Below are positions 26,701 through 41,700 of a stretch of DNA of 57,973 nucleotides, piece after piece. The notes below the pieces were generated by a model. It saw only the letters and a list, made by a program, of their open reading frames with translations. It searched no databases and was not told the DNA's origin. The position numbers and the translations under genes are program-made. The DNA comes from an uncultured Clostridia bacterium (lineage in GTDB: Bacteria; Bacillota; Clostridia; Christensenellales; UBA1242): the NCBI GenBank assembly GCA_944377435.1, contig CALWEY010000088.1, forward strand, positions 1 to 57,973, given 5' to 3'. Every line of letters begins with the position of its first letter. Position 1 is the stretch's first letter.

Positions 26701-29700
26701 TGACGGAACATCAAGAGAAACATCAATAAGAATAAACAGTTTAAATGAAATTGTAGATGGCACATTCCACTATACATTATTAAACAGTGTAGATTATCCA
26801 CAAGTTTGGGAAAATAAGCCAGACACATTTAATGGTGGACTATATGGCAAAATTGATGGAAGTAATTTTGTTGCAACAATAAACTTAAATGGTGAAAGTT
26901 TGTTCGAAACGCTTGGAAGTTTTGCAATTCTTGAAGATTTAATTGTTTGCGGGCAAGTTCAAGGACAAGCAATGCTTGCAAATACAAATAATGGTACAAT
27001 AAAAAATGTTACCGTTGATTTATATCAGCAAAATGGCAAATATATTGCGTCAAAAGTTGAAACTGACCAGGCGAGTGCTGGTGGTTTAGTAAATATAAAT
27101 TATGGGCGAATTGAAAGCAGTACATTCGCTGGTTCTATTGTTGCACCTAGCGGTGTTGTTGGTGGAGTTTGTGCAATTAACTATGGTACAATAACTAATT
27201 CAAATGTACTTATTTATAATATGGAAACAGACTCGCAAATGAATTTTGTTGGGCAAACAATTGGCGGTCTTGTTGGAGAGATGGCACAAAACTCTCGCCT
27301 TGAAAAATCTTATATATATAATTTTAGTACAAATGCAAACTTTGATACTAAAGTAATGGGAGCGTTAGTTGGAATAATTTCATCAAACAACATAACAATA
27401 GACCAATGTTTCGCCGAAATTGGACAAACATCAAATTTCTACACAACAAAAAATAGTAATGTAAGTAAAAATGATGAAAATTTAATAAAAAATAGCTATA
27501 TTATCAGCAAATTTAATCAAAATATTGATGGTCAGGAAAGTTTACAAATTCAATTTAGTTATTTCATGACTCAAAACAATGGTAAATTCATTTTTGGAAA
27601 TACTAATAATACAAGTGATACATTCTTAAATGTTTCTATGGGAAGTTCTCAAATATGGAATAAAGTTGCAACAACAAACTATGGTTTCCCATATTTAACA
27701 AAAGTTGTTCCATTAAAAGCTTTAACAGGTGAAGATTTACAAAATATACAAATTCAAAATACCAGATTGTCACTAGCCGAAAATGAAAATGTTGCTGTAA
27801 TGTATTTATACAAAACTAACGGATATGTTTTAACAGACTATGAAAAACAAGTCCTAAATATGGTAAATACAATAAGTTTAAGTGAACTATTTGGCATTGA
27901 TAAAATAGATGGACTTTTAGTTTCTTCTAATGATTTAAATGTTATAAACAGTTCGACAAATGAACTTCAAGTAAAAAATTTAGGAATGGTAGAGTTGACA
28001 CTTCAATCTAAATATGATTTAAGTGTAGCACCAAAAACTATTGATATTTATGTTATATATGCCACAAATAATTTTACATTAAGTTATAAAGGTCAAAATC
28101 TTTTAAGTGATGCAACAATATCAATTAAAAATGGTGTAAGCGATAGTTTGCAATCTTCATTATCATCAACAATTGTTCTTACAAATAGAGAAATTCCACT
28201 TATGCAAAACAATTTTGAAGTGGTTTTTGAAACAGAAAATGAACAATCTAAATTTGTTGTTGGCAAAAATATAGGAACTCATACAATCGTTTCAAAATTC
28301 GAACAAGAAAATGGCGATATTTTAGATAGTGTAAGTTTTGATGTTTATCTAAAATTGTTAGATACAATTAAGGATACAGAAAATAAAGACAAAATTGAAG
28401 AAATAATAAAACAGAGTACATTAAGAAAGTTAACAATACAAAGAACATATGGAGCATTGTCTTTAAGTTCAACAATTAGCAGTGCAACTATTTCAGCAAG
28501 TGATGAATTGGATATAAACTTAACTGCAACATTTGATTCACAGAGCACAAACCAAACTGTAAATGTTGAAATTTATGACAGTGAAGGCAATGACATTTCT
28601 ACTTTAAATGTATTTGAAGATATAATTTTAACAAAAATAAGCGAAACTCAAAACAATAGTATTGATACTGTTAATTATATTGCTACAATAAAAATAAACA
28701 AATCATTAAATTCATCTTTAATAGATTTAAATGGTTATACAATTAGATTTATATCAGACGAATATATTTTTGCAGATGTAAAAATTTATATTCTTGCACA
28801 AGAAATATTAAGAGTTGATGTAAATAATTATGCACAAAAAGAAAGTAATTCAAGTGGTTCAATGTACAATTATTATCCAAATAATGTTCTTTCTCCTGGC
28901 ACTAGTGGACTACTTGATATAATGATTTATCCTTCTTACGCAAATTACACACATGTAAATGTTACAGCACAACCTGTAAACAATCAAAGTTTATCTCTTA
29001 TTGCAATGAAGAAAAATGATAATGCAACATATGATATTGATCTTGCAACAAATTTTGAATTTATTGAAAATGGTGTAAAAATATATGCAAAAGAAAGCAC
29101 AAGCGAAGTTGGAAGATATTATGTTAGAGTTGTAGTTCCTTCTACTGTAAATATAAATACTTTTTATAATATATATATTGACATATATAATGGAGATGAA
29201 AAAGTTTACACAGAAGTATATGCACTTTTAATTGTACCACAAGAAAAAGCAGGAATTACTGTTGAAGGTAAAGACAAAATCTTTGCAGTTAAAGGTGATA
29301 CTATTATAGCTGATGTTGTTTATGAACAAACGCAACAAATAGAAAGTATTGTTGCATATGACATGAATACTACAACTGTAAACAATAATGTTACAATAAT
29401 AAACAATCAAGATTTTACTAGTTATGCTACAAAATACTTTAAGGGAACATTAAGTATAACTCTTGGAGAAAATTGTGGTAATATAGATATTCAAATAACA
29501 ACTTCAAGATATGTAAATGGTGTAAAAGAAGAAGTATATTCAATCCTTAAAGTTTATGTTCTAGATTTTGAATTAGATTTTGAAAATACTCATTTAAACA
29601 ATGAGACGGGTAGCGATGTTATTTATGGAGATAAATATTTCTACAATTCACTAGAATTTAAAATTGCAGGCAAATATGTTAGTGGAGCGAATGGAATAAT

Positions 29701-32700
29701 AACATCAAGCGAAAGAGCTTACAATACATTCATAGAAAATAATTATTACTTAAACAACGCAACGGGATATGAAGTAAACTATGATACACAAAATAAAGAA
29801 ACATTATTAGAAAACTTATATTATGTAAACAACAATGTTTACACACCAGTAATTGTAAAAAATGCCGATGGCACATACACTACAGTATCAAGTGATATAA
29901 TTGCTGACTTTGCCATTGAAGAACAAACAGTTAATGGGGAAATTCAAAAAGTTATCAAATTCTTAGGTAAAAATATTGGCACTCAAAGAATGCTTTTGGA
30001 AATTAAAGCAAAAATGCCAGACGGAAGCATAAGAACTTATCAATATTTCTTTGATATTACTATTGCAAATTATGTAACTGAAGAACAACCGGAAGAAATA
30101 TCAAACGCAGAAGAATTTTTAAATGCGTTTACAGGTGATGTAGAGCAAGATTACATACTTACAAATGATATAATTTTATACGATTTTTCACCAATACAAG
30201 ACACATCAAAAGTAAGCAGTTTAGACGGAAATGGACATCAAATTATTCTCAGAAGTTTTAGTGACAGTGTTTTAAATCAAAGCACCGTTAGTTTATCTTT
30301 GTTCCAAAATGTAACTGCTAACACAACAATTAAAAATTTAAGATTAAATATTTATCATATTGATGCAATTACCATTGATGCAAATATAACAAATCAAGTT
30401 AATATCGCACCAATAGCAATAAACAATGCAGGTATCATTACAAATTCAGAAGTTGTAAGTTATAGATATTTAGCAAATCAAATAACTCCACAACTAAGCG
30501 GAATAAACATAAAAGCTAACAGCACTTTAAATGTTTCGGCTCAAACATCTGGTTTTGTTTTGTACAACTCGGGAATTATAACAAATAGTAGAGTTGGTGG
30601 CGAAAGTATAAATGTTTATAATGTTAGTGACAAGGGTTCGGTTACATATGAAACTGTATACCTAGATCCATTTGTTATCTCTTCATTTGGTGAGATAAGT
30701 GGTTTTGTTCATACTAACACAGGAAGAATTTCAAGCAGTTATGTATCAAATTTAAGAGAAATTAACAATTCAAATATAGATTACACAACAATAACAAGTG
30801 GTTTTGCCATAGAGAACTCTGGCAGAATAAGTATGAGTTATGCAAAAGGTGTAAAAGACAATATTCAAGATGTTCATGCAACAAAATACGGTATAGAAAC
30901 ATCGGGAATAAGTGCCGGATTTGTGTATGCTAACTCTGGAAACATAAGTGATAGTTACTCAAACATAACACTTACAAACCTTGGGGACAATCCAGGAAGA
31001 ACAAGTGCTGGTTTTGTTTACAACAACCAATCTAACGGTGTAATAAAAACATCTCTTTCACTTTCAAGAATAATCGGTGCAACAACAACACAAATGAACT
31101 TCTCAGGTGTTGATGATTGGGGTAATTGGCAAAACTTTGGAACAATTGAAAATTCTTACTACTATGATGAAGTTGCTCTTGAAGATTCAAGTATTTTAAT
31201 TGAAGAAGCATACGGAGAAAGTGCATCACTTGTTTCTTCTGTTACACTTGAAGAGTATTTCTATGGTTACAGTTTTGCAACAAATGAACAAAATGATGAT
31301 GGCATTTGGGTAATGACAACAACAGGTCCAGAACTAATTAGTGCCAATACAAAATCAGTTTCATTAAGATATTATAGCGTTGAAACTAATGATGAAAATA
31401 GACCAATATTTAATTATGCAACAAATTATGAGTATGGCTCTTTAAATAATCCTATCTTAATTAGAAACGCACAAGAATTTAGCAATGTATTTAGTGGATT
31501 AGGTGGAACCAGTGCATCAAAATTTGTAAATTTAGACAAAAAACAAGCATTTGGCAATTATAGACTTATAAATGATATAAATTTACAAGAACTAATATCT
31601 AGCGATGATGAACAAACATATAGATTAGCATCTTCAAGCCTTGCACTAACAGGAGTTTATAGAGAAGAAGGAAACGGCAAGGGTATTGGTAAATTTGACG
31701 GAAATGGATTTACAATTTCGGGATTTGCACTTTCTGATTCTTATGTAGAAAGCAGTGCAACTAACTTTGGTATGTTTGCAAGCATAGAGTCGGGCGCAAT
31801 ACTTATGAATGTAAATGTAACCATTGGAACTACGAATGCAGAAAATGAAGTTTTAGGTGTTGAAGCAAAAAATGTAAAATATGTTGGTGCTATCGCCGGA
31901 ACTGTTTATGATGCAAAAGTTGTAAATGTAAATTTAACATCTGCTTTTGAAAACACAAACACTGTCACAGTGAGAGGAAAAAATGTTGTCGGTGGGCTAA
32001 TTGGTAGAGTAATCGGAAATTCTTACATATTTAATTTATCTGCCTCAAATGTAAGTGTAACAGCAGCAAAATTCCCAGATTTCTATTATGGAAATGGTGC
32101 AAGTTATACTACATATAATCAATATTCAAGAATAAACGAAGCACAAAATAACAATATTTCATATGCAGGTGGAATAGTTGGTATTATTGATACATATGGC
32201 GACGACTCGATTACACAAGAAATGTTTGCAGATTCCATTGTTTCAACAAATGGAAATGCCGTTATGCTTAAAACCACTGGAACAAGTCAAATCACGGCAG
32301 GAACTGTCGGTGGTGTTATTGGATATGTTGGACCACTAACAATTATTCAAGATGCACTCTATGAATTGTCATTTGTGGACACACAAAACAGAACAATGCA
32401 AGGCTTATATTCTTATAATGGTTTTGCAGGTGGAGTTGTTGGATATAATAAAGGTTATTTAAGACAAGTTCGTTCTGAGCATGAAGAAAATTGGCAATTA
32501 AATATCATCGAAGATAATGTCGATGACTACTATAAAGGTAACTATGATGTTGATAGAGGCAACGAACAGTTATTTATTGGAAATGGATATAATCCTATTG
32601 CAATTGGTGGACTTGTTGGGCTTAATGTAAGTGGTAAAATAGAAAAATCTTATTCAAAAATAAATGTTTTAACTGATACAATTAATTCATTTGCAGGTGG

Positions 32701-35700
32701 TATTATTGGTATAAATGAAACGCCTGTAACTTCTCAAACTGATTATATTAAATTATCATTAAATGAGGTATATGCGTTTGGAGATGTAAAAGCAAGTGTT
32801 GCTGGCGGTGTTATTGGTCTTAACAAAGGTGGATTTGATTTTGACAAAGTTAATGCTGTAAACTATTGGGGAAATAGGCTTATTGACGAAACTTATACAA
32901 ATAAAACTTATGCGGTATCTTATAACGAGAATCAAAATAATACCTACAAAACATCTACTGCTTTGTATAAAGAAGATGTATTGTTTAATAATAGTCTTCC
33001 TATTGCACATTTTGAAAATGATGAATTCATGTCACGCATAACAAGTTTATCAAGAGTTACAGGTGTAGGCGATGACGGCGAATTATATGATGGTTTCTTT
33101 ACTGGAAACGGTTGGGAAAAACAATCGTGGGCAAGAGATGAAGATGAATTATTCCCTCATATCTTGTTTGGTTATATAACAAAAATAAGATACATAAGAA
33201 ATCAAGACGATTTAGATTTATTAAGAGTGGCAACAAATGATGATATATTTGTAATTGATCCAGATAATAGTCCAGAAAATCAAGATGGATATATTGGAAT
33301 AACAAAAAGAATTGCACCAATTACAAATTTCTCTGGCACACTTAGAAGTTTAGATAATTTAAACCCATCAGGATTTTTGTTTAAAACAAATCAAAATAGA
33401 GCATTGTTTAGTTCAACAAGCGAAGCAACTTTCTATAATTTTAACATAGTTTACGGACAAGGAGTTACATTTAACGGTTCACTAAGCAAAAATTCAATTT
33501 TGGTAGGAACTGCTAACAATACAACAATTAACAAAATAAAATTTGAAAATATTACCTTAAATATAAACACAAACACAAGTGTTGTAGCTGGAATTGTAAC
33601 AGCAGAAGCAAAAGGCACAACTGTATTTAGTGATATTGAAGTTTTAAATTGCAACTTAAATATTACTTCTACTTATAGTAATGATGAAACAATAAACGCA
33701 GGTATGTTGTTTGGTACAGGACTAATTACAACATCACAAACAAAAAGTGGTGGTATTTTCGATACATCTGTACAAAATTCACATATAAATATAGATGGTA
33801 CTTTCGAAGGTTCAACAAATAGACCTAACAGTAGTTCTATTGGTTTAGTTGGTGGAAGTTTAATAAATAATTCTGTCGAATTAACACAAATGACAATCGT
33901 GCTGAATGAGAAAATATCAGGTGAAATAAATTTTGAAACGGGCTTAATAAATGGCAATATTGGTTATGTGTTTGGTTATATAAATGGTGTTGCAATAAGT
34001 TCAGCTTTAAATAATGAATCACAAACCTTAAACAGCAAGATAGAACCAAGTATAATTATTACTGATGAAAAAGATTCAAGTGCTTTATATAATTGCAATA
34101 TTGGTGGGTTTGTTGGAAATGCAATCAACTCAAATATTAGTGATGTTGTTTTATATCCAGAAATAACAATTGATACAAAAGCAGACAATGTTAATGTTGG
34201 TGGACTTGTTGGAAATCTTAACAACAGTAACATCTTAAATTGTGAAATAAAAGCAACTAACGAACAAAGTGAAGAACAAATAATTAAAGAATCAACAAAT
34301 AAAATTAGTATTTTAAATATTGATTCTTCAGATGAAAATAATATAGGTTCTTTGATTGGTATAGCAAACACTGATGTGAAAAGTAAAATTGAAAATGTTA
34401 AATCATATGTTAATTTAATGCTTTCAGTATATAATGACAATAAACAATCTGCACTAACAATTAAAAATAATATTGGTGGACTAATTGGAAATGTAGAAAA
34501 TTACAATATTTCTAATGCAATTTATTATGCAAATATAAATTATCAAAGTAGAAATGCTTTAAACAACACAAATAGTTTAGAAGATAGCACAAAAATAGGT
34601 GGTGTTGTTGGTAATGCGGAAAATACAATATTTGCAAAAGTATACTCAACAGGCGATATATTTAATAATGCAAATATTGATAAAAACAATAAATTTGATT
34701 TAATAATAGGCGGAATTGTTGCGAACCTTAATGGTGGCGAAATTTTAAATTCTATTGCAACGGGCAATGTTTATCCATCTTATCAAGTAAAAGAAGAAAA
34801 TGGTAAAAATGTTGTTACAAAATCAGAGACTGATATTACAAACAAACTAACTTCATTTGTTTATGGTGGACTTGTTGGAACTGCAAATGGTGAAGTTACA
34901 CTTACTTCAAACATTTCAATCAACACATTGTTTAATAAATTAGATAAACAACTCGCTACAACTTCTTATATTGCAAACTCGCTTGTTGGAAATGGTAGTG
35001 TTACCGATAAAAATGAAACAAATGTTTCAACAAACAAATATGCTCATGTGTACACGCTTACAACTGATAATAGTGTCGGCGAAAATGTAATGCTTAATTC
35101 TATACTTGGCAGTATTAAAGATTTATTAAAAAATGAAGAATACAATGTATGGGATAAAAACTATTTTGGTGAAGAAAATTCTGGTACAAAAATTTTACCA
35201 TTTGAATATTCAAACGGAGCAAAAGATTGGATTACAGGTAAAGAATACTATTATCTTGGAACAGAAGATAATTGTTACACTTTCAAAATTCAAGAACTAG
35301 CTAATCAAATTGTCGTTAGCGATGGTGCACAAGTTGTTTTTGAAGATGAAAATATAAATAGTCCTATTAAAAGTATAGACAACAATAGTGTTGTTTCGGG
35401 TATCGTTGTCCTTGCAAACTATAATGGTGACGGTTTAGTCGAAGATAAGGTTATTTCGGGTTTTGTTAATGAAAATAAAGGAATAATTTACTCTTGCAAT
35501 GTTAGGGGAAGATTAAACGGAAATCAAAAAATAACAGGATCAATAACAACAAATCGTAGGGCAAGTGCTTTTGTTTATGTAAACGACGGACTTATTAAAG
35601 AATGTTATACAAGTGTTGATGTTGTTTCTTATTATCAAGAAGAAGCAAAAGAAGATAATTCTATTGTTGTTGCTGGTTTTGTAATTTCAAATGGTGGACT

Positions 35701-38700
35701 TATTTATAATTGTTATTCATCGGGTTCAATTCAAAATTATGATCCAAACATCACAAATGGAAATTACAACGGGAAAATGTATTTATTTGGACCAGGAAAG
35801 GTTTATGACAGTTTCTCAAACACAAGATTGGTGGATTTAGATATAAAAGATCAATTCGCTAAAAGGAAATTTGCTTTTGAACAAGAAAAATCTTATGATT
35901 GTTTTTATGACAAATATGCGTGTGAAGCTATGTTATCAGAAGAAACATTTGCAAAAGTCACAAAAAATATTTCATTAGGTTATGAACAACAAGAAAGCAT
36001 AGATATATCAAAACAATATACAGGCAACTTGAAAGTAGATAAAAATTACAACTTTGGTTATGGCTCTTTTGTTGATGGCGTATACACTAATATTGAATAT
36101 ATGAAACATTATACAGGTAATGGTTCACAAGAAAATCCTTATCAAATTCCAAATCTTGGCAAACTACAACAATTATCAAATAATTTGCAAGACAAAAAAA
36201 CATATTATGTTTTGGTAAATAATATAAATGCTGAGTACATAAGTGGAGATATCGCTTGGGAAAGCAAAGATATTTCAAATGTGAACTTCTCTGGATATGA
36301 TGGAATATCTGAGTTGCACTATATAAAAGATTTAATGATAACAAATGGTGGATTGTTTAATAATGTTGATAATTCAGAAATTTCGCTCTTAACATTGGAA
36401 AATATTAGTATAGATGTTTCTTTGCAAAACAAAACAGAAGTTTCTGTGGGCTTTTTAGCTAACACAGTTAGCAACAATTCTATTGTAAACAATATTGAAG
36501 TAAGAACAAACTTTGATTCGACTGATACTGTAACCGTGAATGTTGGAAATCAAGGTGAAAGTAAAACTCTTATTTTAGGTAATGTTGTAGGGTCATTAGA
36601 TAGTAATTCAACGCTTAGTAGTTGTAATTTAAGTTCGTTGTCATCAAATAGCAATGGCATAGAATATAGATTGAAACTATCGAACTATAATATAAATTAT
36701 ATTATTGGCGGAATGGTTGGAGTTTTAAATGGAGGAATTGTTACAAATTCTAGTTTAACAAAGCCAATTTATGTTGATTTTGCCAACGGTGTTAAAATTT
36801 CCGATAAAACTATTATATTTGGTGGAATTGTTGGTCTTCAAAATGCTGGAAGAATTGAAAATTCATATATAAACCAATCAATGCATCTATTTGATGGAGA
36901 ATTACATAATATTGGAAAACAATTAACCGAACAAGAAAAAATAAATAAACTTGCTGAATTATATAAAGATATTAAAAACTTAAAATTATATGCTGGTGGA
37001 ATTGTTGGTTCTTGTAGTGATGTAATCAATAACGACGCAACATATGATTCAAGTGAAAAAATAATAACAAGCAGTTATATTTTAAATAGTGTTGAAATTA
37101 TTGCAGGCAATAGTTTTGCATTCAGCGAAACCTATTTAGGCGGAATAAGTGGCTATGGTGGTAATATTTCAAACTCATATAGTAAAGCAAAATCTTTAAT
37201 TGGCCATGCTATTTATACAGTGACACCTTTTGATAAAGACGAAGCACAACGCAGTAACGGAACTAGCACAGGGGATAGTTTTGATAGTAGTGTATTAAAC
37301 ATCTATTCCGAAAATGGTAGTGGTTTTGATATTTACGAAAAAGCTATTTATAGAACTGTTGAACAAAAGGCACATGTGGCTGGAATTGCAAATAATTATA
37401 GTAGTTTGGATACGGTTATCAATTATTGTGATAACATTCAAGGTGGTATGAAATCAAGAAACTTGTATTCTTATTACAACATAGACCCTCTTCAGTTAAT
37501 ATTATATTATTCGCTTGCGTGTACATATTACGCTAGTTCTATTATATCTTTTGCTAATTATATGTGGCCAGCGGGGTTTGTATTTCTTGCAACGATGTAT
37601 GTATATTTGAATATTCCACAGGTTTCTGCATCACAATATTATTTTGCAGGAAATGGTTATGAATATTTTTCAAATAATTCTCAATCAAGCTATTTTGCAA
37701 ATCCATATTCACCAACACAAATGGCTTGGACAAATATTTTGCCTATTGCTGTAAATTTGTTTGATGCGTTTAAACTTCCTCTTGGATATGTAAAATATCA
37801 ACTCATTGGTGAAGGATTCGATGTTGTTAGAGATGGCGTTGGTAATTCATCAAATGGTATTTGGATGGATATCCAAAAATACACTCATAGTGGTAAGGAT
37901 TATTATTATACAGAAGATGAAAATCTTTACATTCATTCTTTATACTTTGATTCTATAGGAACATCAAATAATGGAACAAAAGAAAGAGTTTATTCATCAG
38001 GTGGTCAAGCACTTAAAGAGATTACGATCAACAATGCAACATATTATGGTGCTAATGACAACAGTAGTGTTAACGGACAAGGCAATGCGTTTAATAAATA
38101 TGGACTAGTATATAGTTTAGATAATATTACTTATGATAGTATAACTAAAAATCAAGATATTGACGAAAACACAATGAAAGAAATAGGTTGGGAACAATGT
38201 GCCGATGGTACATGGGTGCCTAGTGATTCTGTTGAAGTTAAAAAGACCGATCTTAGCGACATGATGAATAACCAAATTTCAATTCAAAACAACAAAGCTG
38301 TTATTAAAGTTGCAAACATTGAAGATTATAGAATGCTTGAAGTTTTAATAAATGATTTACCAGAAGAAAATCCTGAAAGACTTAATGAGTTATGGAATAA
38401 ATATACAACAAATTCTAATTATAATGAAAAATTAGAAGATTTATATCAAATTATAATTGCTAAAGAACCTTCTTACACAATAAAATTTGTGTCAAGTAAT
38501 GGCAGAGCAAATATCACATTAAATAATGTTTTCCCACTTGGAACAAAAACTCATCCATTTAACGGATATGTTGAAGGTGCAAATTTTGGTGAAAGCGGAT
38601 TCTATACTTTAAATAACATTATTGCTTCAACTAAGACAGACAATGATGCAAGTGGCTTGTTTGGTTATGTGAAATATTTAAATGTAAAGAATTTGAATAT

Positions 38701-41700
38701 TATTTATAGTAATAACAATCAAATAGTAACTCAAAATCCATTAAATATAGGTGGACTTGTCGGTAATGTTGTATCAAATAGCACTACATCTGTTGATGGC
38801 GAAGTACAGACATCAACAATAAGTGAAGAACCTAATATAATAATAAAAGATGTAAATGTGAACTACGTATTTAAAGATTTCACAGACATACATAACAAAG
38901 ATTCTGTTGATAGCACATCGTCAAATAACATTGGTTCACTAATAGGTTATGCTGAAAATGCAAATATCGAAATATCACAAGTTAATATTCTTGGCTGTGA
39001 TATTCAATTAAAAAACAAAAGTGATGATAATAAAAAGGAACAAGCCGTTGGTGGCATTGTTGGATTTATTCAATCGTCAATTATAAGCATAAGCGATGTT
39101 GATGAAACAATAAATATAAGATCAACCTCATCTAATAAAACAATAGGTGGAGTTATCGGAAAATCACAAAACACACAAATTCTATTAGAAAATACAGATA
39201 TTGATGGAAATATTATAAATGAAACTAATGTATTAGACGCGATAGTTGTTAGTGGTGGTTTGTTTGGTATTCTTGAACAAACAAACAACGAAAATTCTAT
39301 ATTGTTAGATACAATAAATATCAACTTAAAAGAAATTTCAGCAAAAGCATCAGTTCAAGGTGTAACTTCATATTCAGCGGGAATGATAGGATATCTTATT
39401 GGTAGCGATGATTATATTAGCCAAATTATAACAGAAGAAACATTTAAAAATATAAATGTTGGATATGCTGACTATCTTGGATATCAAGACAAAACATTTA
39501 TAATGTCAGGATTAAATGCAACAGAATATAGCAATAGTGCATATGCTGATGATTTTATTGGAAATAGAAATGATTTCCCTAAGACAATAAATAAAATACA
39601 AGACAATTCAAAAATAAATGTTTATGCTTCATGCTTGGCTGTAAGCAGACCAAACTACAATGATCTTCCAACTCATGATGAAAATAATAAAATAACTGAT
39701 GGCGGAATAAATTCAACAATTACTTATATGTCGGGTGGAGATGATGTTGCTGGTGCAAAAAATATAAAAGTGGAAACATTTGAATATGCAACAGAAATTG
39801 ATAGTGAAGAAAGTTATGCTTATATAAACGGTGAAAAGTATACGCTATACAATTACAAAAAAGACTATTACATTGTTATAACGGAAATTCAAACATTAAA
39901 AGCAGACAGCATAAAAATTGATGGAAGCAAAGTAAAATATGATATTTATAGCATTGAAGATAGAATTTATAGACTTCGTATAGTTGGAGAATGTTATGCG
40001 CAAGGTGATTACAACATTGTTGATAATTACTCATTAGAATTTGTACGAGCAAATAAATATACAGTTACAATAAATCCTTATGCAGACTATTTAACAAAGG
40101 TATATCCAATGAAAAATAGAACAACTGATTTTATGCCTACAATTATAGATGGTACAACATTCTTAATACAAAATGGTTATGAGAGTAGTGATAAGAATTT
40201 TGTAATCAAATATAAATCATGCTCAACAATGGAAGAAGGAGTAACATCTTACGATAGTTTTACTTTGGATTATATGGTTATAAACGATACAATAAATTTA
40301 AATTTAAGCGTAAGTGTTAGTGATACAGTAATCAATTCGGGAATTGCACAAACTAAAACTGTAACAACAGAATATACATCAATAAATATTGATACATCTA
40401 ACGGAATAAAATTATTGTTAAACAGAACAGAGTCATCATCAGATTCATCAATTTCAGCCAACGAAAGTGATGTTGATGAGGAAAATCCTGAAATAAGTGA
40501 TGCAGGTGGCGATTCTGCAACAAAAGTATTACCACCTATAACGCTTTTCACATATCAAAACATTTATACATCAGATAGCATCAACTGGGGAGAAAACACT
40601 GTTAATTATGATATTAACGGAAAAATTCAAAATATTTCAGATGTCGGTAAGAACAATTATACATATACATTTAATGTTGATTTAGAAAATTCTAAAAAAT
40701 TAAAAATTAGTGAAAACATTGTTTGGCAAGATGATGGCGAAGAAAAACCAAATATGTTTATTACAACAGGACCAACAATAAAAATTGATGGACAAGAAAC
40801 AAAAACTTACAAATCTTTAATTATTTCAACAAAATCTAATGACGAAGATGGTTGGTATAAAGATTATGTGTATTTAATAGACAAAGATTTGAATGTGGCT
40901 TATTTAGGATATATTACTTATTCAATTTCAGATGGTTTAGAAATAAATGCTCAAACAAGCAGAAATAAATTGTTCTTCCCATATGGAGACGACTTTACAG
41001 TTGAAAAATATGAAAATCATCTAAAATCATTAAATGATGTACAATTTAATGGTGCACAGTCTATAGACTTGTCAGACTTTGAATTCTCATTTAACACAAG
41101 TAAATCAACAGTTGATTACTTAGTTACAAAAGAAAGTGAAAATGTTTATAAAATTAAAGAAACATTGGTAAATACAACAATAGAAAACAATATAACAATT
41201 AAAAATATTACAATTAAATCTTTAAATAATATAAATGTTTCATTTAATCTTCAAACTAACGAAAAACAGGGAACACCAGAAATAATTTATAAAGACACTA
41301 TTTCAATAGATGTTATTGGAAGAGGCTTAACTGTTGTACAAAATGCTAATGTAAATGGAGAAACTATTACATCAGACAAGGGTTTTGTAATAGAGAATCG
41401 ACTTAATTCTGACACTTCGGCAAATGGATATTACTACTATGAATTTGATTATGAACAAAAAGTTGTAAATAGATATAAATTAAATGGAGAAAACCCAGAC
41501 TTTGAAAAAGGCGAATGTGATAGCTTTGACTTTAGTGGAAATCCTTTAAGTACAACTGTTTTAAATATAACAAAAGAATCGACGACTGCATTTAAGGTGG
41601 AATATAAAAACAGTACATCAACAAACGAAACAATGTTTAGACTAAAAGACGAAAATGATAACAATTTAACAAGCTTTATAACATTGGGTGGTGAATTTAG

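Noticed and set aside
33976-34440. A 154-aa antisense ORF, plus many other 60-116-aa minus-strand ORFs inside the giant genes (for example 26323-26649, 33673-33957, 40270-40551, 49676-50026).
   Set aside because: They lie antisense to very long, coherent sense ORFs. They have no RBS. Their compositions are low-complexity mirror images of the repetitive sense codons (I/L/F/S/P-rich). They are expected by chance in repetitive AT-rich coding DNA.
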